Virus record (IMG/VR): IMGVR_UViG_3300007276_000043
Coordinates: 12,464-76,463 of that record
Origin: a virus
Direction: 5' to 3' (one strand)
DNA: 64,000 bases
In this document: positions 1-9,755 of the stretch, one piece after another
Numbering within the stretch: the stretch's first letter is position 1
How the letters are laid out: each line of letters begins with the position of its first letter
Notes under the pieces: model-generated
Seen by the model: the letters and a program-made list of their open reading frames with translations, nothing else
Told to the model about the DNA's origin: nothing
The model's database searches: none
Program-made: the position numbers and the translations under genes

Positions 1-122
1 GAAGGAAGAGTGGCTGTTTTTGCCCACCATACGATAGAGTTAGCTTGTCCGAAAGGGATCATAGTAACTTTAAATCTATAATTTCTTTTTGCCTCTGATG
101 TGTGGCTGCTCCAAAATGCCAT
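1..122 (-). CDS. Probable tail tube protein (gp19-like), 5' part only; runs off the window
   Basis: Manual translation MAFWSSHTSEAKRNYRFKVTMIPFGQANSIVWWAKTATLP; AAGGAG SD at 133-138; directly downstream of the sheath gene; RF.V...AKTATLP pattern typical of tube proteins. Confidence 0.65.
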   Translation of the reverse strand, partial: MAFWSSHTSEAKRNYRFKVTMIPFGQANSIVWWAKTATLP

Positions 123-147
123 AATTTGTTTTCTCCTTATTATAACT

Positions 148-155
148 TAATTAGT
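148..155 (-). promoter_or_regulatory. Putative late-promoter octamer ACTAATTA
   Basis: Intergenic, about 25 nt upstream of the tube ATG. Confidence 0.6.
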
Positions 156-162
156 TTCTACT

Positions 163-3114
163 CTAGAATTGAACGCCTGATCTTGTGATAACAAAATCAA
201 TTGCAATAAATTCTATTGCTCTTGCTGGCTTGACGAAAATCTTAGCATATAAAATGTTTTGATCAACCAAAGAAGGTGTCGTAGTTGTTTCGTCTAGAAT
301 AAGCTTGTATTCTGTGATTCCAAATCTTGCTTGGACATCAGCCAAGATCAAATCAGCACTTGACTTGAAACGTGACCATGTTGCTTGAACATTTTGATCA
401 AAAAGAATAGTATCTGCAATTGCTCCAACTCTCTTCTTGAGGTAAATCATCAATCGTCTTACATTGATCCTGTCCAATGCGGAAGGAGTTTGTTGCAGTG
501 TCTTCTGACCGAAGATTACAATTTCTCCAACTGCTGGGAATCGTGCGATTGGGTTGATATTTAATTCATATAGTTCATCGCGATCTGCTTTTGGAAGGTT
601 CTTCCAAGTTCCGACAACGCGAGGGCCGTCATTTCCACCAAGGATAGAGATACCACCACGATTGAACCCAGCAGGTGCGAACCAAGGTCCTTCTGAATTT
701 GCGTCAGAGAAAGCCAAAGCTCCAAGGCCAGCTACAGAAGCAGGAGCGACAAATACATCACCGTTTCCAGAAAGTGTATCGCGCATACGAACTCTTGGGT
801 AGTAAGTGGCTGCGTAGCTAGTGTTTAAATCTCTAGTGCGAGCAGTGGCTTTAACATCATTAATTGAACCACCGGTTCTTGTACCTGAATTTTCGTATGT
901 TTCTTTGTATTCATCATCCAAATCAATAATCGCTAATGCATCGCCACGATCTTCAACGTCGGAAAGTAATTGATTACTTAGTGCTGTGTTTGTGAGGCCA
1001 GGAATAGAAACAACATCATAAGCTACTACTTCACTATCTGATATAGAATCAATTGCTTTCTTAATTGAATAATTAGCATAGTGCGTAGTGTCATCGCGAC
1101 TAGTAACATCTAAAACATTTTTATTTGAAAATGGATCTACTTGTGTTATATCAAGACCGTCAAATCCACCAAACATTGGAAGAGCAAACTTGCGAACACC
1201 GTCAGTCAATAGTGATTGTGATCCTGAAGCTGCTGTTTCGGCATGACCGGTTGCATGAGACCCAGAGGCCCAATAAAATTTACCATCAAGTTTTCTAACT
1301 TCATCTAAAGAAAATACAAAAGAATATTGTGTTGCATCAGCAGCATTGTGTAGATCTATTCCACCGCCTTGGTAACGAAGTAGATCAATATAACTTCTAT
1401 CACTTAAAGTATTTCTTTCGTTTTTAGAAGCAAACTTGTGCTTTAATCCAAAAAGATCTTTTGCAAGGTAATTTGAACCAGCCCTTGCTGTATTTTGTTC
1501 TGTTAATTTTAATCTTGGAGTAGAGAAAGACATTGTTAATTCCACTGTTGCGTCTTCCGTTCCGAGACCGTAGAAAATAGCATTAGCTGCGTCTCCACTA
1601 AAATAAGGAACACCAGCGGCGGCAGCTTTAGCATAAAGACCAGTCGCTGCTGTTGCGTTAGCAAGTAATGTACCTTCGGGAAGAAGATTTGCACCACTAC
1701 CAGAAACAATAGAAAAACCTTTTTGATGGACTGGGCCAAAGAATCCCCAAGGAATCTTGTATGCATCATCGATTGTAGCTTTCCAGTCATCAGCCATTTC
1801 TATACGAATGTAATCTGATTGATTTGGATACTCTCCATATAATTCATACCGCTCTTTGTTATTGTCCCAGGTTTGAAATTGATCGCCTAATCTCTTTCCT
1901 ACAAAGTCTTCTGAGGATTCGTCAAGGTTTAGGTTTGAAAATTGCTCTACTATATCGTCATTTAAGTTACGAACTGTGATTGAAAAAGATGAATTTGGAT
2001 TCTTAACTGATCCGAGTTGTAGATCTTCAACTGCAATATAGTAATTTTTCTCAAACCAATCGCCTTCACTTAGAGCAACCAAACGAAAAAGTTTTGATTG
2101 CTTATCAGAAGCAAAGTTTGCAGTATCTACTGTGGGAGCAGGATCACGATTGATGACCCAACCGGTCTTTGAGGTAGTTGCTTGTGCCGTGTGGTATAAC
2201 AGGTTATTGGCAGCAAGCGAACCTGATTGCAATGGTAGCAATAAACCATATTGTTGACCAGCGGTGGCGGCTGTGCCACCTGGGCTTGTTATCAAGCGGC
2301 TAACTGCTTCTTCATATGTTTCTCCAACAAAATAATTTTTTGCCTGACCAGCAGCAAAATTAGTTGAATAGGTTTTTTGCGGATTTGTGTTTAAAACATT
2401 TCTAATATAGTTTGTTTTCTCATCTGGGTCTAGGTGGAATACCAATGATTCAGCAGGACTCCAAGATGCAGGGGCAACGGCAGCAGCATCAGTTGATACT
2501 TCTATTTTAAAGGTTGCAGGTTTTCCTGCTGTTGAGATAGACTCAATAAGGGCACCAGCGGAAGAAGTAGTAACTGTTCCACCAGTACCTGCTAGAGTTC
2601 CACTTAAAGTAAGTGCCGAACCTGTTGTATAAAAAACTGCCGCTAGTGTTCCATTAAGCTGCGAGCCTCCGGAGCCAGAAGGAACTATAAATAACCCATA
2701 AGCAGTTCCATTAGACGCTGGGGCCGCTTCTAAGTCTGCGCCTCCAAGATCCCAACCAGCTTTAACATAGCCGTCGGCTTGGCTTGGTGAATCTTCACCA
2801 AGAAGGCGCACAAATGTAACAGGAGATGTGTTTGATGCCAACCATGCTTGGGCAGCATACATCGCATATGTAGGGCCTTGGTTGTTACCATCACGCCAAA
2901 CATCATCATTGATTGTGCCTTTGCCACTAACTGGCTTTCCAAATACATCAGTGAAATTTTCTAAACTATTAACCTTAATCGGCTTGAGAGCCGGTCCACT
3001 TGGTGAACGGCCAATAACTAATAAACCATCGTCTTGCAACGGAGCTTCAATTTTACTCTGATCAATCTCTGTGATCTGAACTCCAGGTGAAACGAAATCA
3101 AACTTTCTAGGCAT
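163..3114 (-). CDS. Tail sheath protein (gp18-like), 983 aa
   Basis: N-terminal FVSPGVQITEID; C-terminal PWFAPAGFNRG, LYELNINPI, GQKTLQ..SALDRINVRRL, KPARAIEFI sheath motifs. Confidence 0.95.
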   Translation of the reverse strand: MPRKFDFVSPGVQITEIDQSKIEAPLQDDGLLVIGRSPSGPALKPIKVNSLENFTDVFGKPVSGKGTINDDVWRDGNNQGPTYAMYAAQAWLASNTSPVTFVRLLGEDSPSQADGYVKAGWDLGGADLEAAPASNGTAYGLFIVPSGSGGSQLNGTLAAVFYTTGSALTLSGTLAGTGGTVTTSSAGALIESISTAGKPATFKIEVSTDAAAVAPASWSPAESLVFHLDPDEKTNYIRNVLNTNPQKTYSTNFAAGQAKNYFVGETYEEAVSRLITSPGGTAATAGQQYGLLLPLQSGSLAANNLLYHTAQATTSKTGWVINRDPAPTVDTANFASDKQSKLFRLVALSEGDWFEKNYYIAVEDLQLGSVKNPNSSFSITVRNLNDDIVEQFSNLNLDESSEDFVGKRLGDQFQTWDNNKERYELYGEYPNQSDYIRIEMADDWKATIDDAYKIPWGFFGPVHQKGFSIVSGSGANLLPEGTLLANATAATGLYAKAAAAGVPYFSGDAANAIFYGLGTEDATVELTMSFSTPRLKLTEQNTARAGSNYLAKDLFGLKHKFASKNERNTLSDRSYIDLLRYQGGGIDLHNAADATQYSFVFSLDEVRKLDGKFYWASGSHATGHAETAASGSQSLLTDGVRKFALPMFGGFDGLDITQVDPFSNKNVLDVTSRDDTTHYANYSIKKAIDSISDSEVVAYDVVSIPGLTNTALSNQLLSDVEDRGDALAIIDLDDEYKETYENSGTRTGGSINDVKATARTRDLNTSYAATYYPRVRMRDTLSGNGDVFVAPASVAGLGALAFSDANSEGPWFAPAGFNRGGISILGGNDGPRVVGTWKNLPKADRDELYELNINPIARFPAVGEIVIFGQKTLQQTPSALDRINVRRLMIYLKKRVGAIADTILFDQNVQATWSRFKSSADLILADVQARFGITEYKLILDETTTTPSLVDQNILYAKIFVKPARAIEFIAIDFVITRSGVQF

Positions 3115-3147
3115 TAAAATACTCTGCTTTAAATAATTAACTCACAG

Positions 3148-3155
3148 TAAATAGT
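3148..3155 (-). promoter_or_regulatory. Putative late-promoter octamer ACTATTTA
   Basis: Intergenic, upstream of sheath. Confidence 0.7.
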
Positions 3156-3174
3156 ATTGTTTTAGTCTAAAAAC

Positions 3175-4014
3175 CTATTCTCTGTAATCGTTGTCTTTTT
3201 CTTTCCAGGGAATCTTGTCTCCAACGATAACCCGCTCTCTAGATACCCGAATTTTAACATAATTCTCTCTGATTGTGACTTTTGGACGCTCTCGATTCTT
3301 GCCTTCTCCAATCAAATATCCAAGCACTTTAATTTGCACAATTGTCTCGAACATTCGCTCGTCGTCGCCCAGATCCTTAACATTTTTAACTTCTGTAAAA
3401 TCAGGTTGAATGAAGCCTTCGTATTTATAGCCGTCTTGTTCGAAGAAAAAGCCATTGATATTTCCCGTTTTAGTGATAAAAGGGGCAACTAAGTCGTTCA
3501 TTTGCTGCTGATATTCCGTTCTTATGATAATACTATACATTACAGTAACATATGAAGGCACAGGAATCGTTATTTCTTGATATACGGTCTTGTGCTTGTT
3601 GTTCAATTGTGGACCAGTTTCTCTACTGTCCTTTAATAATCTCGCAATATCAGCATTAGTGAAGTTTCTTGTTTTCTCTTGCTGTATTCTTCGTGTGATT
3701 GTAACTGTGCCGCCTTTATAGTCGTCCTTTTCGGGATAATGAGCTTGAAATCTACCCTTGAAAGTTGGGTCTTTTGTGATCGATTCACGGGTTACAGAAA
3801 TTATAGGGAGTTTCAATCTGTCGTCACCGTCTCTTAAAAGTTCGTCTTTTTTGACCTGAAATGCCCTTTCGGATCCAAGCCAAATAACTGGGACTTTCTT
3901 CCAACCTTCGTTAGTTGTTGTATGTAAAGCGAGGGTATTATCTGCCCAATTATAAAGCCCCATATCAATTGTTTCAATCGTTGAGGGGTCAAATATTATT
4001 TCTTTAACTTGCAT
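3175..4014 (-). CDS. Probable tail terminator/completion protein (gp15-like)
   Basis: Between neck and sheath genes; KVPVIW...LPIISV...VTVMYSIII..EYQQQMNDLV pattern. Confidence 0.5.
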   Translation of the reverse strand: MQVKEIIFDPSTIETIDMGLYNWADNTLALHTTTNEGWKKVPVIWLGSERAFQVKKDELLRDGDDRLKLPIISVTRESITKDPTFKGRFQAHYPEKDDYKGGTVTITRRIQQEKTRNFTNADIARLLKDSRETGPQLNNKHKTVYQEITIPVPSYVTVMYSIIIRTEYQQQMNDLVAPFITKTGNINGFFFEQDGYKYEGFIQPDFTEVKNVKDLGDDERMFETIVQIKVLGYLIGEGKNRERPKVTIRENYVKIRVSRERVIVGDKIPWKEKDNDYRE

Positions 4015-4492
4015 TGAATAATCCGTCTCTTGCTCTAATACACTCTGCTACTGTTTCAAACTCATGCTCTGGTTGTCCAAACAAATGTTTGGGTTCAGAT
4101 TTTTTCATGATCTCGTAGTAAATATCGCCATATCTAACAAAATCACCAACTCTAACTTCTAAGTCTTGGTCTTCAGTTAATCTCCTTCTGTGGAATTTAA
4201 CGGTTATCTTTTCCATTGCATCAACTGCGATATTGGATAAGAAGCTTGTTTCTTCTCCACCGTATTCAACAAGAGCGAATACTCTAACTGGTGGTAAGAA
4301 AGTTTTTTCTATAGCCTCGCCATAAAGAGGATGGTAATTTGTGTGTTCTATATCAATTGGAAAATAAAGCACCTGTTGTCCGATAACTCTTTCAATGATT
4401 TCGTCATTTACTTGTTTTACCAGATCTCTTTCTTTCTCTCCAAGAAACATTGGAGGAGGAGGTTGGGCTGCTTTTTTCCACTTATCTGCCAT
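4004..4492 (-). CDS. Probable neck/head-closure protein (gp14-like)
   Basis: E.I...GQQVLYF...HPLYGEA...VGDFV pattern; adjacent to gp13-like gene. Confidence 0.55.
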   Translation of the reverse strand: MADKWKKAAQPPPPMFLGEKERDLVKQVNDEIIERVIGQQVLYFPIDIEHTNYHPLYGEAIEKTFLPPVRVFALVEYGGEETSFLSNIAVDAMEKITVKFHRRRLTEDQDLEVRVGDFVRYGDIYYEIMKKSEPKHLFGQPEHEFETVAECIRARDGLFNAS

Positions 4493-4496
4493 TTAT

Positions 4497-5750
4497 TTAT
4501 CCTACGAAAATCTTCAAGGGCGTTTTGCCAACAACATTTTGAGCATTATCAGACATCTCAGAGTCAGTGGCAAGAAGCTTTGGATAGGTCATTTCATCCA
4601 ACTGGGTCTTTAATTCTTCTCTTAGAGTCTGTTGTTCGTCTTTTGCTTGAGACAGTAAGTCAGAAGCGTTTAGACTAATATTATCTCCGGGGATCGGTAT
4701 AGACCCTCCAAATTTTCCTCTAATCTGTCCCAACGTCTCCTTAGATAAAGCAAGAGAAAATCTGCGGATCCATTGCTTACCAATTGAATTAATATTTTCA
4801 TAAGGAAGATTTTCAAAAGGAAGCGTATTCATATTATTGATTCCGTTTTGCCCAGACTCATAATCGTCTTCCCATGGTTCTTTTTCTTTTTCAATTGAAA
4901 ACCTAAACCAAAAACTCTGAGGGGAGACACTATCTGGTATAGGATATAACCTTAATTTGTTATTAATAATTTCATATGAATAGTGAGAAGTTCTAGTATA
5001 CAAATGATCCTCATATTGAATGGCTTGTATTTTATTTTGCCATACTGGGATTACTTGAAAAGAAGAATCATCTGAATATTGTCCGTAAGTGTTCATATTT
5101 CCAACGACATTTAGGCCACCATAATATCCATAAAATCTCCACATCTGTCGAGGAGTTATATAATAAACTTGATGAATCTTGACTCTTCGGCCATCAACTT
5201 TATTATAGTAAGGAGCACCTGTGTCTGTTGCCGCTGATTCAGATACAATGGTTTGTAAGTCATAATCTTGCTCGTCAGATACTGTTGCAAAAGAAGCAGA
5301 ATATATTGTCTGTCTTCCTCCTACAACTGCTTCTGTTGAATATGCATCGGCAATACGAAATGCCGCTTCAAAGGAATATTTTGGGTATTTAAGAGCTACA
5401 TCTTCAGGGCCAGTAGTTACCTCCCCTTTGTGGTCGAAACTTGCTGTTTGCGCCCCTAGCATTGATCCTAGAGTGTTTTTTGATTGATGTATGTTTACTA
5501 AATAAGAATATTCTAATACTGCTTCCTCATAATTGGCATAAACGTTCTGTTCGGTCAGTTCAATGTCCAGAACATCGCCACCTAATTTTTTATAAGTAAA
5601 GTTAACTTGTTTAGCTGCACCGGTTACAAAGTGAACCGAGCCAGAATAAACTCCAAGCGGAAGCCCAGCAACAACATTTGCTGTACTACCGGTCTCTGGT
5701 AGCACTATAGCACTCTTAGTAGAAGCTGGTGTTAAAGTTGGTATTGACAT
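4497..5750 (-). CDS. Neck protein (gp13-like head-tail adaptor)
   Basis: KKLGGDVLDIELTEQN; WIRRFSLALSKETLGQIRGKF..IP.PG..ISLNA; start revised to ATG 5750 (GGGGGA SD upstream). Confidence 0.75.
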   Translation of the reverse strand: MSIPTLTPASTKSAIVLPETGSTANVVAGLPLGVYSGSVHFVTGAAKQVNFTYKKLGGDVLDIELTEQNVYANYEEAVLEYSYLVNIHQSKNTLGSMLGAQTASFDHKGEVTTGPEDVALKYPKYSFEAAFRIADAYSTEAVVGGRQTIYSASFATVSDEQDYDLQTIVSESAATDTGAPYYNKVDGRRVKIHQVYYITPRQMWRFYGYYGGLNVVGNMNTYGQYSDDSSFQVIPVWQNKIQAIQYEDHLYTRTSHYSYEIINNKLRLYPIPDSVSPQSFWFRFSIEKEKEPWEDDYESGQNGINNMNTLPFENLPYENINSIGKQWIRRFSLALSKETLGQIRGKFGGSIPIPGDNISLNASDLLSQAKDEQQTLREELKTQLDEMTYPKLLATDSEMSDNAQNVVGKTPLKIFVG

Positions 5751-5772
5751 ACATAAATCCCCCAATCAAGAT

Positions 5773-5780
5773 TAAATAGT
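5773..5780 (-). promoter_or_regulatory. Putative late-promoter octamer ACTATTTA
   Basis: Intergenic, upstream of neck genes. Confidence 0.7.
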
Positions 5781-5799
5781 TTCCAGAATGGGAAAGCTT

Positions 5800-6111
5800 C
5801 TATCTCTTCTTTGTAGTTGTCTTTGTTGCTTTTTTGCGAAAGCTTTTTTTAACTGGGGTTGCTTTTTTTGCTTTTGCTTCGGCTTCTTTCTTTGCTTCTT
5901 CTTTGGCTCTGAGTTCAGCAGCTTCAGCTTCGGCTTTGAGTTTAGCTGCTTTGGCTTCGGCTTCTTGTGCTTCTTTCAATTTTTGAATTCTTACGGAGTT
6001 TTCTTCTACGATTCTACCAAGGCCATTTCTAATAAGGTCTTGATCTGGGACTTCTTGTCCAGCATTTAATTTTCTAATAATTAACTTTTTTCTTTTGGAT
6101 CTTCTACCCAT
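5800..6111 (-). CDS. Hypothetical Lys/Ala/Glu-rich protein with basic C-terminal tail
   Basis: AAGGAG SD; own upstream octamer; EAKAAK-type repeats and KKATKTTTKKR tail. Confidence 0.7.
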   Translation of the reverse strand: MGRRSKRKKLIIRKLNAGQEVPDQDLIRNGLGRIVEENSVRIQKLKEAQEAEAKAAKLKAEAEAAELRAKEEAKKEAEAKAKKATPVKKSFRKKATKTTTKKR

Positions 6112-6133
6112 AATATTCTCCTTAAATATAAAA

Positions 6134-6141
6134 TAATTAGT
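6134..6141 (-). promoter_or_regulatory. Putative late-promoter octamer ACTAATTA
   Basis: Between terminator and 103-aa gene. Confidence 0.6.
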
Positions 6142-6150
6142 CTCAAATAG

Positions 6151-6173
6151 AAAAAGCCCACCGAAGTGAGCTT
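6151..6173 (-). terminator. Rho-independent terminator
   Basis: AAGCTCAC-TTCG-GTGGGCTT-TTT on the minus strand after the 163-aa gene. Confidence 0.85.
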
Positions 6174-6197
6174 AGTCTTAATAAGTGGAAATATTTC

Positions 6198-6689
6198 CTA
6201 TGATCCAGAGAATACAGCAGTAATGTTGCTTGTGTGGTTTGTCAAGAAATCATATCTTACATACCAGCCAGTCCCATCACAAACACACTCAATTGAGCTA
6301 CCAGCCATAAGCAAGTGTGTATCGCCAGCTCCATCAGCAAAAGTTAATGTGTGGTGATTCTCACCAAGCTTTGCAGCACCAGCGGTTGGGCACGGAACAT
6401 GACTACTGTAGTTTCCGTTTAGAAGGGTTCTTACACCATAGCCAGCCATTTTTTCTGTTGCAGTGGTTCCTGTTTTAATTACAAGATTAGCGGAGTTAAG
6501 ACCAGCCAAATCATCTTTAATAATAAATTTAAAATACGCTCCGTCTTGTACCGCTGGAAGGGTGATGGTGCATAAAGCACTAATCAAATAGGTCTCACCG
6601 GTTTCAGCAGTTTCAATTGTTTTGCTCGCAGAAATCGTTTCCATTCTTTGACGACTTGCGACTCTTGCACTTCTTGCGCTCTTTGACAT
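6198..6689 (-). CDS. Putative capsid decoration/virion protein
   Basis: Immediately after the major capsid gene with its own octamer, AGGAG SD and terminator; ITLPA...CDGTGWYV beta module like the fibre array. Confidence 0.5.
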   Translation of the reverse strand: MSKSARSARVASRQRMETISASKTIETAETGETYLISALCTITLPAVQDGAYFKFIIKDDLAGLNSANLVIKTGTTATEKMAGYGVRTLLNGNYSSHVPCPTAGAAKLGENHHTLTFADGAGDTHLLMAGSSIECVCDGTGWYVRYDFLTNHTSNITAVFSGS

Positions 6690-6735
6690 AGTTAATATCT
6701 CCTAAAAATATATATTCGCTCTATGCGATCAATAG

Positions 6736-6743
6736 TAAATAGT
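6736..6743 (-). promoter_or_regulatory. Putative late-promoter octamer ACTATTTA
   Basis: Just after the capsid terminator, upstream of the 163-aa gene. Confidence 0.7.
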
Positions 6744-6750
6744 ATGTTCA

Positions 6751-6787
6751 AAAAGAAAAACCCCCGATGAAATAAATCATCGAGGGC
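6751..6787 (-). terminator. Rho-independent terminator after the major capsid gene
   Basis: CCCTCGATGA-TTTATT-TCATCGGGGG-TTTTTCTTTT on the minus strand. Confidence 0.85.
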
Positions 6788-6810
6788 ATTTATTTATCCT
6801 AAGTTAATTT

Positions 6811-8628
6811 CTAGGAACCAGACTCACCATTCAATCCACGAACGATAACAAGACCGTACATGTCAGGACGAACCATCTTCTTGGCATAACGAGTCATTAC
6901 GCCCTTGCGAGGTACAAAGTCCTCAACACCGAAGATAGTTGGTGTAACTTGGAGAGGTACATAAGGAGCATATACATAGCCACTTTCAAGGAAAGAGCTA
7001 CCCTTACGACCAACAAGAACAACATTACGAGGGAAATAAGGATCCACGATAACATCAAACTTGCGACTCAAAGAACCAACTTTTTGTGCTCCGATTTCGC
7101 CTTTGTCTGCATCAGCAGTAACATTGGCACGGAAACCAGCGGTGAACTCAAGTACATTAGCAACTTCTGGTGAACAAACAACAAAGTTTGCGCCGCCACG
7201 AAGTGTCTTACGGTGAATTTGAGCAGAAACATCATTGATAGTTTCAATCAAAGTCTCGTACCATTCGCTAACAGTACCTGTGAAGTCAGGAGCAGCAGAA
7301 GTTGCACCCAATTCAAGACCAGTAGTACGGTCAACAAAAAGACCAGGAGAACGTGACCAGTAATAAGTACCAGCAGTTGCACCGTTAACGAGGTCAGCAA
7401 GGATCTCGCGGTCAATTTCCAAAGCAATTTGCTCTGAAAGGATAGAAGTCAATTCAACTTCAGCATCCAAGTTGTGATAAGCATTCAAGTCTTGACCCAA
7501 TTCTGGAGTCCACTTGGCTTTCAATTTCTTGGTTTGCGCTGTAATAGCTGTACTGTCAACTTTGATGTCAATCTCAGGAATTCGGGCTTCGCCTTCCAAT
7601 CCATAAGCATTAGCATCTGTGTTAACTGAACCTAAAGCAGCACCAGCATTGAGCAAGTCAATAACTGGGAATTCCAAAGCACCAGCGGCCAAGTCAGCAG
7701 AAGCAGCGGCAGCAGCGGTAGCGACAACGGAACTGACTCCGAGAGCCTCAACTGCTACATAACGAATTGCAGAAGCTGAAAGGTTAGTATTAGCAGCAGC
7801 AACGCGAGAAGTAAGACGTCTTACAACAGTAATATCACCATTGGCTTGAGTCTCAACAGCATTACCAAGTGCAGCATCGCCAATTACAAATGCACTCATG
7901 TTATCAAAATCAGGTGTCATTGCGCCATTAGATGATGTGTGTGCGGATTCCAAAATATCAACAATACAAATACCAGTTCCATCTGTCAAAGACAAAAGGT
8001 CTGGGTCATACTGGATAAGTTTTTTGTTTGCTTCTGTGACACTACCATTTAAGTTGAATGCTCGGTGACATTTTATAAATGAAATGTGTGTTGCAGCAGC
8101 ATTTGATCCAGTTGGTGAGCCATAAGCATAACCAACACGACCTTCACGACCAGGGCCGCCAAAATCAGCTTTGTTACCTGGTAAAAGATCAACACCAGAA
8201 ATGATGTCTTTACCAACTTGATCTGTACCGTAAATTGATTTATTTACAGCGTTACCAAGTCTAGCAGTAATAGTATCTGCTCCAAGATTCGGACTAAATG
8301 TGAAATCTAGGAAGAAAATAAGACCTGATGGTAAGCTCATTGGTTGAACTGATACCAAGTCGTTAGCAATCAATCCAGCGAAAACACGACGGACGATTGG
8401 GAAAGCGACAGCAGCGAAACCTTCAACGTCGCCAGCAGCCATAGAAGAACTTTCACGAAGAAGTTCCTTTGCTTGGTTTTCTAAAAGACGAGCCATTCCG
8501 TGCTTTTGTCTCTCAGTTTGAAGACCTTCAAGTAAACCTGTTTGTGACCATTTGTTGAGAAGAGCTTCGCCTTCTTTGGCCATGTCACGGTTTACTATGC
8601 CTTCTGTAAGTGTATTCAAAATAGACAT
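6811..8628 (-). CDS. Major capsid protein (gp23-like), 605 aa
   Basis: LVSVQPMSLPSGLIFFLDF; KLKAKWTPELGQDLNAYHNLDAEVELTSILSEQIALEIDREI; YAPYVPL; GVMTRYA; AAGGAGG SD. Confidence 0.97.
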   Translation of the reverse strand: MSILNTLTEGIVNRDMAKEGEALLNKWSQTGLLEGLQTERQKHGMARLLENQAKELLRESSSMAAGDVEGFAAVAFPIVRRVFAGLIANDLVSVQPMSLPSGLIFFLDFTFSPNLGADTITARLGNAVNKSIYGTDQVGKDIISGVDLLPGNKADFGGPGREGRVGYAYGSPTGSNAAATHISFIKCHRAFNLNGSVTEANKKLIQYDPDLLSLTDGTGICIVDILESAHTSSNGAMTPDFDNMSAFVIGDAALGNAVETQANGDITVVRRLTSRVAAANTNLSASAIRYVAVEALGVSSVVATAAAAASADLAAGALEFPVIDLLNAGAALGSVNTDANAYGLEGEARIPEIDIKVDSTAITAQTKKLKAKWTPELGQDLNAYHNLDAEVELTSILSEQIALEIDREILADLVNGATAGTYYWSRSPGLFVDRTTGLELGATSAAPDFTGTVSEWYETLIETINDVSAQIHRKTLRGGANFVVCSPEVANVLEFTAGFRANVTADADKGEIGAQKVGSLSRKFDVIVDPYFPRNVVLVGRKGSSFLESGYVYAPYVPLQVTPTIFGVEDFVPRKGVMTRYAKKMVRPDMYGLVIVRGLNGESGS

Positions 8629-8651
8629 TAGATAACCTCCTTAAAATATGT

Positions 8652-9686
8652 CTAAGAAATGCCAGCGAGTGCTTTCATTCTATCAGTGAAAGAATGATCT
8701 TTATTCTCGTTAACACTTCTTTTTGTTCTTTGCAAAATATTGGACAAATTAGACTTTCTGTTGACTGACTCGCTAAGTGATTTTGGACCATCATTTTTGG
8801 TGGTTCCCACTGTAGCTTTAAGAGTCTCACAAAGAGCCTTTGCTTCATCTTTTGTTTTTGCGTTAGCGATGGCTTCAACAATTTTATCTTTTTGTCGCTC
8901 ATTCAAGGAGGCATCGCCTAATATTCTGTTAGAATAAATCAATTTTGCATTTGATAGCATTGATTCTTCTAACTTGTTATTAATCTGCTTTATTGCAGAA
9001 TATAATTCTTTATTTTTTGTCTTGTAAGATTCGATGGACTCTTTCATGTCTTTCAATTTCTTTTCAAGTACCTCGTTCTCTTCTTTATATTCAGTTGATT
9101 CTGTCTTGGCCAATTCCATTTCTTGCTCATAGGCCAATTGGCCAGCATTTGTTTGAAAGGTTCCATCTTTTACTTGGCCCATATCAACAACCAACTCTTC
9201 TTCTAAAACTTCTTCTTCTGTATCTTTAGAAAGCATATCAAGAATTTCTTGAAGTGCTAATTCTTCTTCGTCAGCAGCAGGTTGTTCTTCGCCTTCTTCT
9301 GCGTCCAATCCTAAGTCGGTCATTAATTCTTCTGTACTTTCTTGTTCTGCTTCAACTGCCTGCGGCTCTTCTTCTGTCGCTGCTGCTTGCTTGAGATCGC
9401 CTAAGTCAAGAAACATGTCTGCGTCGAAAGTGAACTCAACACCCAAGTCAACTTCTTGATTTGGACTTTGATCTGCAACGGCGAAAGGTGCTTCAATAGC
9501 AGCAGCGGGTGCTGCTTCCATTCCCATTTCTTGTTCCGTTATCACATTATCACTTTCCAGCAGGGAATCAACCGCTGCTTTGATTTCTGGTGCATACTTC
9601 TCAATAACTGATTGTTCTGCGTTTTTGAGGGCTGCTTCGCGAAGGGCGGCGGCATCCACAATTGCTTGTTCTAACATTGAAGACAT
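8652..9686 (-). CDS. Prohead core/scaffold protein (gp22-like)
   Basis: Acidic coiled coil directly upstream of capsid; NAKL.Y; C-terminal RMKALAGI; many L/I-x-E sites. Confidence 0.8.
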   Translation of the reverse strand: MSSMLEQAIVDAAALREAALKNAEQSVIEKYAPEIKAAVDSLLESDNVITEQEMGMEAAPAAAIEAPFAVADQSPNQEVDLGVEFTFDADMFLDLGDLKQAAATEEEPQAVEAEQESTEELMTDLGLDAEEGEEQPAADEEELALQEILDMLSKDTEEEVLEEELVVDMGQVKDGTFQTNAGQLAYEQEMELAKTESTEYKEENEVLEKKLKDMKESIESYKTKNKELYSAIKQINNKLEESMLSNAKLIYSNRILGDASLNERQKDKIVEAIANAKTKDEAKALCETLKATVGTTKNDGPKSLSESVNRKSNLSNILQRTKRSVNENKDHSFTDRMKALAGIS

Positions 9687-9719
9687 TAAATTTAACTCCT
9701 AAGATACTATTAACAAGAG

Positions 9720-9727
9720 TAAATAGT
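9720..9727 (-). promoter_or_regulatory. Putative late-promoter octamer ACTATTTA
   Basis: Upstream of scaffold-capsid operon. Confidence 0.7.
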
Positions 9728-9755
9728 GTTTTAAACGAGAAAAGTCCGATATAGA

